Origin: Octopus sinensis | Taxonomy: Eukaryota | Length of the DNA: 64,000 nucleotides | Direction of reading: 5' to 3' | NCBI RefSeq assembly: GCF_006345805.1 | Contig: NC_043000.1 | Span: forward strand, 162,006,001 to 162,070,000 | Part shown: one piece after another, positions 62,280 through 64,000 of the stretch | Layout: the number at the start of each line of letters is the position of its first letter | Numbering within the stretch: position 1 is the stretch's first letter | The notes under the pieces: model-generated | Database searches by the model: none | What the model saw: only the letters and a program-made list of their open reading frames with translations | What the model was told of the DNA's origin: nothing | Position numbers and translations under genes: made by a program

Positions 62280-64000
62280 ATATACTTAAACTATTTGATT
62301 GATTAACTGTTGTCGACAGAGGCTACCACCATTTTCGTCGGCTTCTCTATTTGCTTTGCTTCTTTTCTGTTACGCATTCCTCACAGGTAAACATTTATGT
62401 ACTGCTTCACCCTCATGCGCTGCTTTACTTTATCCCTTCCTCCACCTTCTCATCCGTCTATCACACAGATACTCAATAGTAATTTCTGCCTTGGAAAGAG
62501 AAACTGTTGATCGAACTAGCTTGTACTTTAGTAACCATGGCATGAATACCATGCAAGGTGTGAGTATGTGTATGTAAAGTGATGTGGCTGTATGCTTCGT
62601 TGTACAAGTGTATGACTGTGTGCATGTGGCTAGTTCATTACGTCTACGAGTAAGTGTGTGCAGGTGCGTATGTATGCTGACCTGTGTACGTGTATACATG
62701 CATGCGCTTCCTTTTGTTATCTCCAGTGAATAGATAAATTAGAGCTTGTAATTGTATAAAGGTGTAGATGAAATTATTTCGGACAATACTTTTAAAGGAA
62801 ATTGGATTAAAAGGCTCCTTCGAGCTTCATCCTCTCAGTTGACGCTCTCCACACAAGGTATGCAGGAGCTGGCTACTCTGCTACAAGCATTCACACTGGA
62901 TATCCGTTCTGAAGATAACTCAATATCTTGATGTACCGTTTCCTATTGCAACGATCCACATATCACTATTTCTTTCTCCCTGTCACTCCAACTGTCTTGG
63001 AGACAGAGCACAAAATTCTCAGATACAGACTGTATTTCTCTGACTTAGATCCCCCCCCACTAAAAAAAACTGAATTTAATTAGATATTAAACAATGGAAT
63101 ATTATATAGTCCAAAAAGCGACTAGAGACAAGCTAGACCCCCATGACCTAAATTGTCAATATTTATTTATTTAGTTAACTATATTTTCATTGTGTAAAAT
63201 AGAGTGGCATCAATTTGTTACAGTTGTAGGAGTAAATGGTGACGTTTAATAATCGCTATAGTTGTAATAGTTACGAAGTTAAATATTTGTAGTCGACATC
63301 CTGGTATACGAATACTGAAGCTGTCACAGCCAACGACGTTGTTGAGTAATTGCTGTCGTTGATATAAGTACAGCATATGTCTCTCGCTTCCCTGGGAGTT
63401 ACGAACGCACGCCGCCTCTCCAGTGGCAATTGCGGACACACGCCGCCGCTTCAATTGATTTACAGTTAAGGGTAAATGAAGTTCCGGAACTATTGCATCT
63501 CCAAAAATATCACCAAAAAATGTACTGAAAATACATTGATTACAACCGTGTTTCGAATACTTGTCTCTTATCGGTTCCTCACTAGTCTACCGCTAATAGA
63601 TGTTTCTTTCATTGATCTCATAGAAAGCTCGGAATATTCGGTATGTAACTATTGTGAAAGGTTACGAATATTCAAAGTCCAAAGGAATACTGGAAAAGAA
63701 ACAAAAGAGGTCACTATTCATTCCCCCCCACTTAACAGAATCCTTATTCATCCGGTTTAAGTTCATGAAAAAAAAAACAGGATTTGCTCCAGTAAAACGA
63801 ATCCAATTCGAACACAACTTTATCGAAATACGATTTAAAATCCAGAAATTTAAATTTCCGTAAAAATGGATAATCCTTTATTTTTGAAGACTTATGAGAA
63901 GAGGATGAATTTTTTTTTTTTCCAGCTTTGATTGTCTGAGAAAAAGATCGCTTCGAATAGCTCAAGTTCCAGATCATTTTGAGAAATTTGAACCCGAGGG

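Noticed and set aside
60425-64000. Search for the next upstream SLCO exon (expected phase-1 donor)
   Set aside because: No recognisable OATP motif found by eye; probably outside the window

Overview
AT-rich, repeat-dense animal genomic DNA. The SINE and microsatellite content resembles a cephalopod such as Octopus, which is an inference. The only host gene I can support is the 3' part of an organic anion transporting polypeptide (OATP/SLCO, SLCO4A1-like) on the minus strand. Its four exons are 60424-60226, 56908-56749 (Kazal-like, absent from the ORF track), 53310-53073 and 51169-50781, with GT-AG introns and matching phases; the 5' exons were not found in the window. The rest is microsatellite plus mobile elements: several Penelope-like element (PLE) lineages, LINEs (CR1, RTE, R4/Dong-like, Tx1-like), four SINE families, DNA transposons (mariner, Tigger/pogo, hAT, piggyBac-like) and non-autonomous Helitrons. 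The main unexpected signal is about 13 hammerhead-ribozyme-like motifs in about 8 unrelated sequence families. They sit in PLE terminal repeats and in short non-coding foldback or direct-repeat modules embedded in (AT)n tracts. Two unrelated families have a U3-A8 swapped core (UUGANAA instead of CUGANGA), and one of them shows compensatory stem changes between copies. All structures were folded by eye and none has been computed or tested.
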